From Octopus sinensis (taxonomy: Eukaryota), in the NCBI RefSeq assembly GCF_006345805.1, contig NC_043019.1, positions 27,031,360-27,095,359 on the forward strand: a DNA stretch of 64,000 bases, read 5' to 3'. The first letter of the stretch is position 1; each line of letters begins with the position of its first letter. Below are positions 26,109 through 39,234 of the stretch, piece after piece. Under the pieces are notes generated by a model. That model saw nothing but the letters and a program-made list of their open reading frames with translations, made no database searches and was not told the DNA's origin. The position numbers and the translations under genes were made by a program.

Positions 26109-27601
26109 ACACACACAGTGATTTACCACTTCGGACTGCATCTAGCTTTGGATATTCGGGATATTGTAACAATAGATAAAAATTCTCCCTGGCCTCATAG
26201 ATACCAATAAATATCCTATAGCGACACTGTCAAAACATACCTTGCCACTCCGAATTTAACTGACAACATATTTGCTATGAATAATAAGCTATGAACTCCA
26301 CAGGCCCCGTCATTTGACGGGATAGTTTGTAGTGCAACCAATAGACAATAATTGGAGTGAGCTTACCATGTGCTTCTCTAAAGGAACTGCTTGGAGAAGA
26401 TTAGCTACAGATAATAGTCTTTCTAACGGAAACTCTTAATTTGTATAAATATAGAATTTCTTGCAAATATCCATTAAACAACCAATGCTTGTAGATAATA
26501 TAATTTATAAAAAATCTGTTTCCTTACATAGTGCAACCTTTCCTTATATAGGGGCTGCAGTCTTGTAATCTAAATATAGATAATATAACCAGGTCCATGT
26601 ACATTCATTTAAGATCCTCCATAAGCAGACTACTGTCGCATTGGCCGAATTGGTATGAAATTTAAAAGCGAAAAGTCAGACTACGAAATATATTGGTCCG
26701 AAATATATTTTCCATACAAGGGTTGTGGAGGTAAGTGCAATCTATGTTCATAAGAAGCATTAGAGTTCCTGAGGAATAAAAAATAATCTAATAAACCAAA
26801 ATTATAAATTATCAATTAGTCCACAGGTCTTTCGATAAAATTCCAGTAACCTAGCAAGAGGACTTTTTGGTGCGGTGATTATATCCATCGTTCGTCTTTG
26901 CGAATTAACTCTTATTTCTTTCAACTTCTTCCGAAACTTGTAATTATTAAGTAATAATCTTTATTGGCCCCCCTCAATTATTTGGTTTAAATTTTTGGAA
27001 ATTCTTTCATTGTAAAATTTAAATTTCAATATTTTTTATTGTAAGTTCAATACGTTCTAATACTACATCAATTATGATCGCTATCGATCTAAAATTCCAA
27101 ATCTTAAATCTCAGTTGTTTAAATCCATTAATGCTTTAATCCCTAAATTTAGAACTAACTTTTTTAAAATCATTTTAATCATTTCATTCCACATATAATT
27201 TGTACAATGTTCATCTTACTGGAACATTCGTTTTCTATAGTTTCCATCTTGCATGAATGAATAGAACAGTATTTCAACAGAGAGAAATTTACGTAAAATA
27301 TGTGTCGTACCTATATGTATGAGCTTTTGCAATTCCCTTTATTTGGGACTGCCAGGAATTTGGTATACACGTTTGTTTGCTCCTCTTTGATACCATTCCA
27401 AACGTTTCAATAGCAATATCGTATGTTGTTGCTTTGAGATGCTACGTTCTTCTGGAAATTCCTAATCGGAAACACTGATCCTAAGCAGTAGTCATATACC
27501 CATTTTCTACATGAAAGTAGCGCATGCTTGCCCCAGGGATAGGTAAGGGTTTGGTTGACAGCAGGATCCTTGGCTCTTATCGAGGCTGGGTTGTTTGGCT
27601 A

Positions 27602-27827
<226 letters not shown>

Positions 27828-27835
27828 TATTATCA

Positions 27836-28845
27836 TTGCCTTTGCACAGCTTCTAACGCTGGAGATGTACTACGGTGTCAGCTGTTCACCACCAGTGAAC
27901 TAAGGTAACACCTCTTATTTTTCGAGCACCTTTCGGAGTATTCGAGTGGTTCCAAGCAGTGTTGTTTTCTGCAAGTGCTCCACCCTTATTGCAGCTCCTA
28001 TTTGTTCCACGTACTTCTCAAGATTTTTGCTCCCTGTTCCCAGGGCTCCGATGATTGTTGGTACTACTACCACCTTTTTCAGCGACCACAACTGCATAAC
28101 CTCCCAATCTAACCTCTTATATCCATCTACTTTTATTTCTTCCTTATCACATACCCTGTTATCAGCTAGGCATACTATATCTATGATCCAGTATTGTTTC
28201 CATTCTTCCTTAATTAACACTATGTCCGATTTCCTATTCTCTATCTCATTGTCGCACTGAATCATAATATCCCGTAGGATCTTTGCATTATCATTTCCGA
28301 TGATGACTTCAGATTCATGTTCGTACCATTTTTTTGGTCTGTCAAGTCTATACTTTATAGAGTGTTCAATGGACAATCCCTGCTATATTGTTATGACATC
28401 TCTTGTATTCTATGTGGGCTAGTAGCGTACATTAAAACCGTATGGTAAAATGCCATACGGTTTAACCATTTTGTCCACAAATTCTGCATTTATCACTTTC
28501 TGATGTGTTGTCTGTTTTGTATTTGACGTAATTAGTTCTTAATGCTTGCTCTTGGGCAGCACAGATTAGAGCCCCCATTTCCAGTTTTAAATCACTTTCA
28601 GTCATCCATAGCCATCTTTTCCTGCTGTCTGTCTTATCATCAACATCCCCCTGAAATTGTCCATGCATTCTTTTCTTTACCCACCTATTTTCAGTTTCAT
28701 TCATTCTCAAGTGCTTGTATAGTGCTTTATCTTTGCAATCTTCCATCCTACACAAGCCTGACCTTCTTACTTCAAATAATAGCGGTGTTGTGGCATTTTT
28801 TACATACCGTACTAAGTTGTTTTCATCTGCTCTTATTTATATTTT
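27836..28845 (-). mobile_element. R4/Dong-like non-LTR retrotransposon, 5'-truncated and decayed (zinc-knuckle region, RLE domain, 3'UTR, then (TAA)n)
   Basis: Minus-strand translation ALICAAQEQALRTNY..DKCRICG and RKSDIVL..IIDI..VVPTIIGALG..LQKTTLLGTTRILRKVLE*; short 3'UTR then (TAA)n at 27600-27835. Confidence 0.85.
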
Positions 28846-30150
28846 CGTCTTTCTTATTGATCCAGTTGTCACCAGGGCATGCTGTGTCGATCATCGTGCA
28901 TGAGCTTTCTTTTTTATTCACCACATCAATGCCCGCTTTCCGATGTCTGATCAGGTGATCGCACTGAATCATTGCATCCCACAGGGTTTTGCAATTCTCA
29001 TTCTCGGAGACTCCTTCTGTGGTTTGCTAATACCACGTCTTTGCTCTTTGTAGGCTGTGATTTCCACAGAATTCCCAATGGATTATTCTTGCCGCATTGT
29101 CATGTCGTTTTTTCGTATTCGCGTTGTGCCAATTTCGAGCACTCGCTAACGATGTGCCATATCGTTTCACCCATCTCACCACACGTTCTGCATTTGTCGC
29201 TGTCGGTAGCGTTGTCTATTCTGCCCTTCATATAGTTGGTTCTTAACGCCTGTTCTTGAGCTGCGCATATGAGTGCTTCTGTCTATCTTCCGATCACTCC
29301 TCTTCGATAGCTACCGGTCCTCTCTATTTGTCTTGGCGTTCGCATCTCTTGCAAGCTCACTGTACATTTTTTACTCTTTCCATGTTGTTTCTCTTTTTGT
29401 GTTCATTTCTTCTTTAAATTTCTTTTTCATTACACAATTCCCAGTTTTGATGGCGCCGGCTTTCTTCGTATGTTTCAGCAATGGCTCCACAGCATTTTTA
29501 TATACCACCCTAAGCTGTTTTCCTCTACTTCGATACAATCCTGGCAATTGATCAAACCTCATCCACCCTTTCTTCTGGACAAATAAAATCTATTGGTGTC
29601 ATTCTTAGGATGGAGGCTTCGTGTACTGTCAACATTTTTCTTGTCTTTGTATCCATTTGCCTTACTTCTTTCTTGCCATTTTATAATTCCAGCTCCATAC
29701 AGAAGTGATGCTATCGCTCACGTATTAACTGCTTCAATTTTATTGCATCCGGTCAATTTTGAGTGCAACACCAACCTTAGTCTTCGGAAATATTCCATCC
29801 TCAGTTGCGCTTTCATTTCCTTCTCCATTATCTCGTTGAACTCTAGTACACCAAGGTATTTGTAGCTTTCAGTTTCAATTTGTTTAATCAAGTCTCTATT
29901 CGGTAATTCTGTCCCTGCTAGGGACTGTACCTTGCCTGTTTGTAGGCAGATAATTCCGCACTTCTTGAGTCTGAATACCATTCTAATATCAGTACTAAAA
30001 CAATGGACTGCGTTCAACAAGGGACTCACTTGTGTCTCATACTTGCCATACAGTTTCAAATCATCCATGAAGAGGAGGTGGTTAATTATTTGAGATTATC
30101 ATTTTAGTTGGTATCCCAGACTCATTTTCCTACTTACTGGGGTCAGTAGT
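28846..30150 (-). mobile_element. Second decayed R4/Dong-like copy (RT C-terminus, zinc knuckle, start of the RLE domain)
   Basis: HLLFMDDLKLY and YKYLGV (29718-30080); ALICAAQEQALRTNYMKGRID..DKCRTCGEMGETIWHIVSEC; RHD; truncated after DTACPGD. Confidence 0.85.
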
Positions 30151-30189
30151 ATTATGCAGAAAACAAAAAGGAACGGAGCTAATTCTATG

Positions 30190-30421
30190 ATTCTCTCACA
30201 CTACTTCTGCTCGCGATCAGGGATGCACATATCGTCAGCCACTAAGGGACATGCTCAACAGGTTAAGATCAAGCAACTGACAAACATATCTGTGGTATTG
30301 AGCAGAATATTTGCTGTAGCCCATCTTTTATACCAAGACAAAGCAATGTACATGATAACACTTTCAATCAGCTAAGATCAGAAACCACGAGAGTCAGTGC
30401 TTCGTATTGCATCAGGGCATA

Positions 30422-30481
<60 letters not shown>

Positions 30482-31030
30482 CATCATCATCATTATCATC
30501 ATCATCATCATCATCATCATTATTATTATTAATTTATTATTATTATTATTATTATTATTATGAAAGTGACACTGGAGTAAAATATACGAAGTCCAGTTTA
30601 CCCATCATGACTACCCGTCAGATAAAGGTACACCAGGCACATGCATCACAACCATATGTGCGCGACATGGTGATCTCATATCATGACATTGCAGGTGGGG
30701 CCAAGTTACAATTTTCGTCTGGTCGAGTAGCCCATCCCGTTCAAAAGGTCCCTGAATAAGGATTGTTTAAGGATGTTGAACGAACCACCCATGTTTACAA
30801 AGGTGAATTATCCAAACGTCTAAGAATTCCTTTCAACAAATGGCTATGATGCTCCCCCACTACTTCTGCTCGTGATCAGAGATGCCCATATTGTCAGCCA
30901 CTAAGGGTCATGCTCAACTGGTTAAGGTCAAACAACTGACAAGCAAATCTGTAGTATTGAGCAGAATATCTGCTGTAGCCCATCTTTTATACCAAGACAA
31001 AACAATGAACATGATAACACTTCCTATCAG
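30190..31030. mobile_element. Two copies (30190-30420 and 30560-31030) of an unclassified interspersed repeat bordered by (TTA)n/(CAT)n
   Basis: CACTACTTCTGCTCG.GATCAG.GATGC..ATAT.GTCAGCCACTAAGGG.CATGCTCAAC...GCTGTAGCCCATCTTTTATACCAAGACAAA occurs twice. Confidence 0.65.
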
Positions 31031-31063
<33 letters not shown>

Positions 31064-31076
31064 CCACCATTATTAA

Positions 31077-31290
31077 GCTAGTGAGCTGGCAGAATCGTTA
31101 GCACGCTGGACGAAATGCTTAGCGGTATTTTGTCTGTCGCTACTTTCTGATTTCAAATTCTGCCGAGGTCGACTTTGTCTTTCATCCTTTCTGGATCGAT
31201 AAATTAAGTACCAGTGACACACTGGGGTCGATGTAATCGACTAGTCCCCTTCCCCCGAATTTCAAGCCTTGTGCCTTTAATAGAAAGGAT
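31077..31290 (+). mobile_element. SINE family B with tail variant 2
   Basis: GAGCTGGCAGAATCGTTAGCACG head, family B body and CCTTGTGCCTTTAATAGAAAGG tail. Confidence 0.8.
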
Positions 31291-31564
31291 TGTTATTATT
31301 ATTATTATTGTTATTATTATTATTATGATTATTATTATTATAATTATTATTATGAGTGTTGTGCACAGATTAATAATTGAAAAACAAGCCCTGGATATCG
31401 GATCACAACCAGTTTCCTTGGATATCGAGGTGCTCTCTTACAATCCTTGCTGTTCCAAAAAAAAAGGGAGATTTCTGAATGCAGCTCAGGTAGTTACGCT
31501 GGTTTCAATAAGGTAACTGTTAAGTCTTTTGGTAACTGTAACTAGGGCACATATAACAACTAGC

Positions 31565-31626
<62 letters not shown>

Positions 31627-31715
31627 TAATAATAATAATAATAATAATGATAATAATAATAATAATAAAAATAATAATGATAATAATAATAATGATAATG
31701 ATAATAATAATGATG

Positions 31716-31766
<51 letters not shown>

Positions 31767-31820
31767 TAATAATAATAATAATAATAATAAAAAATAATGA
31801 TAATGGTAATGATAATAATA

Positions 31821-32272
31821 TGGGATATGCCAATACAGACAGAGAAATTAAGGCCAATAGGCCAGATATAGTTGTCAGAGATCACGACGAAAATAAATGC
31901 TTTCTAATTGATGGATCAATACCGACAAATGACAACGTTTCTCTAAAAGAAATGAAGTTTTCAAAATACAAAGACCTAGAAATGGAGGTAACTCGAGTGT
32001 GGAGTCTAAAAACAGAATCAATTTCTATCATAGTAGGCGCATTAGGGTATGATAAAAGAATATTCAGACAAATAGAAACAAAAACACCAGAACTTACAAA
32101 TATATATAACATACAGAAAATTGCACTACTGGGCACTGCACACATCCTACGCAAAACACTTTCAATGCAGTGAAATTAAGAGCGCCACAACAAATCACAG
32201 CACATATTCAAGGCACACGGAGTTGCGCTCGGCAGTGCAGTGAAAGTACGTGATAAAAATAAAACTACTGAA
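31821..32272 (+). mobile_element. 5'-truncated R4/Dong-like LINE (RLE domain and 3'UTR) embedded in (TAA)n on both sides
   Basis: TDREIKANRPDIVV..FLIDGSIP..KYKDLEME..IIVGALG..IQKIALLGTAHILRKTLSMQ*. Confidence 0.88.
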
Positions 32273-32352
32273 TGACAATAATAATAATAATAATAATAAT
32301 AATATAATAATAATAATAATAATAATAATGATGATGATGAGGATGATGATGA

Positions 32353-32465
<113 letters not shown>

Positions 32466-32502
32466 TGATGATGATGATGATGAGATGATGATGATGATGA
32501 TG

Positions 32503-32536
<34 letters not shown>

Positions 32537-32547
32537 TGATGATAATA

Positions 32548-32626
<79 letters not shown>

Positions 32627-33183
32627 AGCCAGAATAATTAAAAAAGTATAAGATAGCTGAAAAGAACGAATAGCATGGTACCGTAGGCAGCAGGTAGCAA
32701 GCCCGCTACGCATGCAATTCTCCAGGTGTTCCAACAAAATTTGCGAAAAAGAGAAAATAATAAAAATAATAATCATTATTATTGTTAACATTATCATTTC
32801 TACTATCATTACTGTTGTTCCTTAACACTGTCAATTGTTTTATAATTTGTAATATTCTTTTCATCTTGGTTCGTCTGAATATAGAATCAACGGAAAATAT
32901 TCTCTTCACTTCTCTTGCACAATAGCTGAGTTCGGTAAGCGCCTGAAAAGGTACTGTTCGTCACTATTTGAACACTACATAATCGTCTACGTGTAATGTA
33001 GTTCGATGCAAAGATGTACAGAAACAGTTGTAAGCGATATTAACCTCATGCTATAATTATATCATTATTTTCATCTTTGTTCCATCTTTTATATACATAC
33101 ATACATACATACATACATACATACATACATACATACATACATACATACATACATACATACATGCATACATACATACATACATC

Positions 33184-33560
33184 GAGGCACTCCGTCGGTT
33201 ACGACGACGCGGGTTCCAGTTTATTCGATCAACGGAACAACCTACTCGTGAAATTAACGAGCAAGTGGATGAGCACTCCACAGACACGTGTACGCTAAAT
33301 GTAGTTCTCGGGGAGATTCAGCGTGACACAGTTTGTGACGAGGCTGCACCTTTGAAATACAGGTACAACGGAAATAGAAAGAAAGAGTGAGAGAAAGTTG
33401 TGGTGAAAGAGTACATCGGGGTTCGTCACCACCCCATGCCTGGGCCTCGTGGAGCTTTAGGTGTTTTCGCACAATAAACATTTACAATGCCCGGTCTGGG
33501 AATCGAAACCGCGATCTCATGACCACAAGTCCGCTGCCCTAACCACAGGGCATTGCGCCT
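33184..33560 (-). mobile_element. SINE with a family C-like tRNA head, a different central domain and tail variant 2
   Basis: The tail matches 52914/53376 (CCGTCGGTTACGACGAC...GATTCAGCGTGACAC); the middle part does not match the CORE-like segment. Confidence 0.7.
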
Positions 33561-33612
33561 CCACATACATACATACATACATATACATATATATATATTT
33601 ACATATATACAC

Positions 33613-33740
<128 letters not shown>

Positions 33741-33859
33741 CATATATAATCAATTCAAAAAAAGACAGAACAAAAGAAAAAAACAAACAAATGAGCGTGA
33801 GGAATTATCACAAGTACTGTATTAATATGGCGCTCGATGAAGGAAGATAGTTGTTGTTC

Positions 33860-33886
33860 TACGTTTCGAGCGCAGCTCATCGTCGG
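33860..33886 (-). ncRNA. Degenerate minimal hammerhead ribozyme motif in the putative 3' pLTR of the Neptune-like element
   Basis: Minus strand CCGACGA-T-GAGC-TGC-GCTC-GAAAC-GTA. The core has U4->C and stem I is not evident. Confidence 0.45.
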
Positions 33887-34949
33887 TAAGTGGAAAAACA
33901 GGAAAAGACCAAAGGGGAAGCAGAAAGAAAAATCGCCAAATGTTCATGTGTGGTTACATTTCTGAAGTGACCAGAAGTAAAAGGAGAAAGAGAAAGTGCT
34001 TTCTGGGACAGGAGAGTGTGAAGATAGTCGGTATGTATGTGAAGTAGTGTATGTGTGTGAGAGAGTGTGTGTTTGTGGTAGCGTAACGTGTGTGCATATG
34101 TATGTGTGTGCGTGGTACCGTGTGTGCGTGTGGTGGTAACTGTGTGTGTCTTTTGCGTGTGCGTCTCTTGTGTGTGTGTGTCTGTCTGTTTTATACGTGT
34201 GTGCGTGTGGTAGTGTGTGTGTGTCAGTCTGTTTTATACGTGTGTGCGTGTGGTAGTGTGTGTGTGTGTCAGTCTGTTTTATACGTGTATGCGTATGGTA
34301 GTGTGTGTGTTATTAACTGTGTTTGTGTGTGAGTAGTCTCTGTGTGTGTGTGTGTGGTAGGATCTGTGTGCATGTGTTAATGTTGCTCTGAAAAGGGTAT
34401 GAATGGTGTGTGAATGGGTGGGTGTGGCTGTGTGTGTGTGTTGACGTGAGTGGGAATGTGTGCATGTGTGTATGTGTTTGCAGGTATATGGGTGCGTGTG
34501 TGTCTCTCTGTGTCACTCTGCTCGTCTCTCTGTACATATACATGTGTGTGTGTACGTGTGTGCGTGTGGGTATGTGTGTGTGTATATCAATGTGCATGTG
34601 AGTGTGTGTGGAAGTGTACGTAGTACGTGTCTAAGTGTACATGCGTGTGTGCGCTGTGTGTGGTGTGTCCGGAGGGCTGTGTGTGGAAGGTTGTGTGCGT
34701 GAAGGTATATGTGCGTTTATTTGTGTGCGCGCGTGTGTGTACATGTGTGTATGCATGCGTGCATGAGAGTGATATCGGGGTGAGGTGGAGTGTGTGTGGG
34801 AATTCGTGTGCCTTGTTGTAGCCAAGGGTATGGGTATTATGCGTGCGGGTGTGTGTGTGTGTGTGGGCGCACGGGTATATTTGTGTGTGTGTGTGTGTGT
34901 GTGGTGCGTGTTGTGTGTGGTATAGGAATATAAACAATAATACAATAGA

Positions 34950-35760
34950 TAATAAAATATAAAGATTAGTAACAATAAAAGACTAATGAGAAAGATTATG
35001 TGAATAAATCAACAACAGACATAAATAAAAAATCAGTAACAAAAATTGAATCCGTAAGAGACAAAAACAGTGACAGAAATAAATAAAAAATAGTAATAAA
35101 AAAGTTTTAAAAACGAATAAGATAGAATAAAATGTTTTAGGAAGGGGTGTGGAGAAAGTCACTGAGAAAAGATGTGTTGAGTCCGAAAGTGTTTGATTAC
35201 GTAGAGTGAAAATGTAACGCTGTTCTAGGCGGAGCTGGTGGATCCATAGTGTAGGGCAAGGTCGAAGATGGTGAAGTGTGAGGGGGGAGTGATTGGCCAA
35301 GCGAAAATGACGGGCGACGGGGCTGTTTTTACGTAGACGAACGTCTCGTAGGTGTTCGGTGAAGCGGTCGGTTAAGCGGTGGCCCATTTGACCAATGTAA
35401 AGTTTATTGCAAAGATTGCACCTGATGCAGTAAATGAGGTTTGAAGAAGTGCAGGAGAAGGAGTTGCTAATGTACAGGGTATGTTGGTTGGATCCAGTGA
35501 GGGAGGTGGTGTTGCTGATGAAAGGACAGGTGTGGTAACGGGGTCTGGACAAAGGGAAGAATCCGGGTTGGGTTGGAATAGAGGGGGTGGGAGCTACGGA
35601 ACAGTATATCGCGTAGGTTACGGGCGTGTTTGAGAGAAGGCAAGGGTGGGTCGGGGAAAATAGGGAGTACGGTAGAATCTAGCTAGAGGTGACGGAAGGC
35701 CCGCAGGATCTCCAACGAAGGGGTAAGGTGGAGAGGTGGAAAAGAAGGGGAAACTGGATG
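34950..35760 (-). mobile_element. Penelope-like element (Neptune-type) fragment: thumb linker and GIY-YIG endonuclease
   Basis: ARNLRDIL, PCPRPRYHTCPFI, SNLIYCIRCNLCNKLYIGQ, RFTEHLRDV, VARHF, LEQRYIFTL on the minus strand, with stops and frameshifts. Confidence 0.85.
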
Positions 35761-35762
35761 CA

Positions 35763-35801
<39 letters not shown>

Positions 35802-35873
35802 ATATTATAATTAAATAAATGACACAAGAACAGTAAATTATGCAATGGAGTTCATTAGCTTCCAGTTGTTTCT

Positions 35874-35912
<39 letters not shown>

Positions 35913-36226
35913 AACCATAAGAAGTGAGGAGGTTATGAGTGGTGTTGTTTATATACTTTCTATGAAATAATTTCATCAATCTCATCTCCTAGATTTTAGG
36001 TGCAAGGATTTCTGCGTTATACTCCTCTGTATTGGCTAACAACGTGGCATGCTCGCCGAGTCCGCTAGAGGAGCTTTCTGTGATAGCCACACGATTCTCC
36101 CAATCCACATCTTATACTAGTCATTAATATATGTGTATGTGGTATGTGTGCGTGTGCGTACGTGGAAGTATGTATGTACGTATATATATACATACATACA
36201 TATACATATACATATTTATATGTATG

Positions 36227-36302
<76 letters not shown>

Positions 36303-36684
36303 CATAATGACGATAATAAAATGAGGATGGAAATTCATACGTCTTATTAATGCATCGCAGCATATGTTTCTGCGTCGCACACCTTTTTCATATTAATATA
36401 TTACTCAAAATTACTCTTAATAATTATGGATTTGAATACCTTCTTAGCTCCATTTCCAGTACAGGTGCTCCCTCGGGGTCCATTTCTAGTGCAGATGCTT
36501 CCTATGGCATTGCATTGCATGAGGAAGCACTCGCACTTGAAACAGAGCTAAGAAAACATTCAAAAACATAACTATTAAGACTAATCGTAAGTAATGTTAT
36601 ATGAATATGAAAAATTGTAACCTGATGCGTTGTGCAGTGTAGAAGTATATGTTGCAATGCATTAAGAAAGTTTATGAATTACCA

Positions 36685-36734
<50 letters not shown>

Positions 36735-37877
36735 TATTATTATTAGTGTTATATTTATCCTAAGCTGAAAGGAGTTCCACGTGTATATCCATACGATTGG
36801 ATTACTCTGGGAGGTGAAATTAAGAGGTAGTAGCCAACAACAAGAAGTTTTGGAGCTAAGAGCGCATTACGAGGTTTATTATTTCTTTCTTTCTTTACTT
36901 ATTTATGAAGTCAGTAGTGTGCAAAAATTAAAATTGAAATTTCGTAGATATTTGGTGCTTCCAAACACGTAGTGTAAATGAGACATATGATTACTAAGAT
37001 TACTAAGCTAAATAACCATACTTCAGCATTTCTGTAGATTTTCTGGCCTTCCATAATGTCCCTGTGTAACATATTTGACAAAAAAAGAGCCAGAATATCA
37101 CGTGATTATGCGCAGCCGATATATTGTTATAGCATATTAAATTCTTGTATTGTCGAATACTAAATAAGAAATGTAGCGAAAAATATCACTGGTAAAGATA
37201 TTATCCGCGTTTTAAAATTTGTTTTCGTTTTTCAATTACTAATAATTACCGATTTATTAACAATTAAACGTATATTTAAGCAACTTATATACCACCTGTA
37301 AACAAACACATTAATTTACAATACTCGCGCCGTTTTATCGAGTGAAACGAACGTCATTAAGGATATTTGTAATATGTTTTAAAGTAATTGTTTCATGAAA
37401 CCACAAAATTGAAGCAACAAAGCAAGAAAAACAACGGAAATTAGCTTGAGAAAAGAAAAGAAAGTAAAAAGAGCGGCGAGTTTGATGAAAGTAAAAAGTA
37501 TGATTATTGTATTGATGCCATATTATTAATGGTGCCAAATGTATACTTTCAAACGTTATTCGTGATATGATGAGTGACATTCCAGTATACAATATAGCCA
37601 TTATTATAAATTTTGTGAAATCTGTCTGTCTGTAAAGATAATTTCCGGTTTGTTGGTTCACAACTGCTTACTTTTTCTCTGTCTCTCTTTTCTTCGGTAT
37701 ATATGTCCGTATGCATCCATGCAAGTATGTATGTATGCATACGTGTTACTACTCATTTACACACACAAACATCTTAACATGACCGTTAAAGACATTAAGT
37801 TATCACTTCCATAACCAAAAGAATTCATCAAGGAAGTAAGTTTATAACAAAATGGAAAAAAGAAACTTATGAATCTT

Positions 37878-38250
37878 CATCATCATCATCATCATCATCG
37901 TTTAACGTCTGCTTTCCATGCTAGCATGGGTTGGACGGTTTGACTGAGGTCTGGCGAACCAGATGGCTGCACCAGGCTTCAATCTTGGTCTGGCAGAGTT
38001 TCTACAGCTGGATGCCCTTCCTAACGCCAACCACTCCGAGAGTATAGTGGGTGCTTTAACGTGCCACCGGCATGGGGGTCAGTCAGGCGGCACTGGCAAC
38101 GACGTATCTCGAATCCTTTTACACATGCCACCGGAGAGGGCACCAGCAAGGTGATGTCGGCAACGATCACGCTCGAATGGTGCCTTTTATATGCCACCAG
38201 CATGGAAGCCAGTTAGTCGCACTGGCAATGGTCATGCTCGGATGGTACTC
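37878..38250 (-). mobile_element. RTE-type LINE 3' end or RTE-dependent SINE with three internal repeats of about 60 bp
   Basis: The minus strand ends CCCATGCTAGCATGGAAAGCAGACGTTAAACGATGATGATG; the unit TGCCACC.GCA..GG...GCACTGGCAA.GA.CA.GCTCG.ATGG is repeated. Confidence 0.6.
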
Positions 38251-39053
38251 TACTTTCTTTAAATTTTTCTTAAGAAAACTTACGAGTAAATATTCGTTTT
38301 ACTTTGCTTAATTTAAAAAAAACAACTTCTTCTTTACAATACTAAGCCCAACCTTAACCCTAACTGACCATGTTCAAACATGGTCATACATAGTCAGTTG
38401 TATGTTGCACACAGTAATTGGAGATCCATCACACGTAAACATCATTACTGGTCAAAGCCAACTTACTATACCAAGAGGTATCCCAGTAAAAGGAACGTAA
38501 AATTCACTGAAACACGGAAATAATTGTATACACAGACATTGATTGTCAAAACTTCGATCCTGTATTTTCTTGTAAATAATGTTGTATATAGAAATAAAAA
38601 CAGTGAAAAACCCAACATGTCATCTTGTCTATTAACTGTTTCTTTTATTTCAATATTATTTTACCTTCTTTTATTCGATCCTTTGTTGAATATATACCTA
38701 TAATTCGAAGATACGAAGTTTTACTTATTCGGGACACACAAAACAACGAGCTACGTACTAGCTTAATACATGATCTCTCTCTCTCTTTCTCTACCCCCTC
38801 TCTCCCTGTTCATATGTATATATATTAACCACACAGGAAATCTGCACTAAAACAATATTTTCGACCTGTAATGTCTATTCATCCTTGAAGACTCATCTAA
38901 TATGCGACGCCATTCATTTTTGCAGTAAACTGCAAAAAATGAATGGCGTCGTTTTATTTCGAAACCCCCTCTCGCTCTCATGCCGACTGACATACCAGTA
39001 TATATATATATAGATATATATATATATGTATGTATGTGTGTATGTATGGATCG

Positions 39054-39084
<31 letters not shown>

Positions 39085-39097
39085 GTATGTATGTATG

Positions 39098-39129
<32 letters not shown>

Positions 39130-39178
39130 TGTGTATATATGTATATATATATATGTATACATATATACATACATACAT

Positions 39179-39234
<56 letters not shown>

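Noticed and set aside
36350-36571. 73-aa ORF with a 10-aa repeat (SISSTGAPSG / SISSADASYG)
   Set aside because: It arises from a diverged 30-bp tandem duplication; no recognisable homology or splice context.
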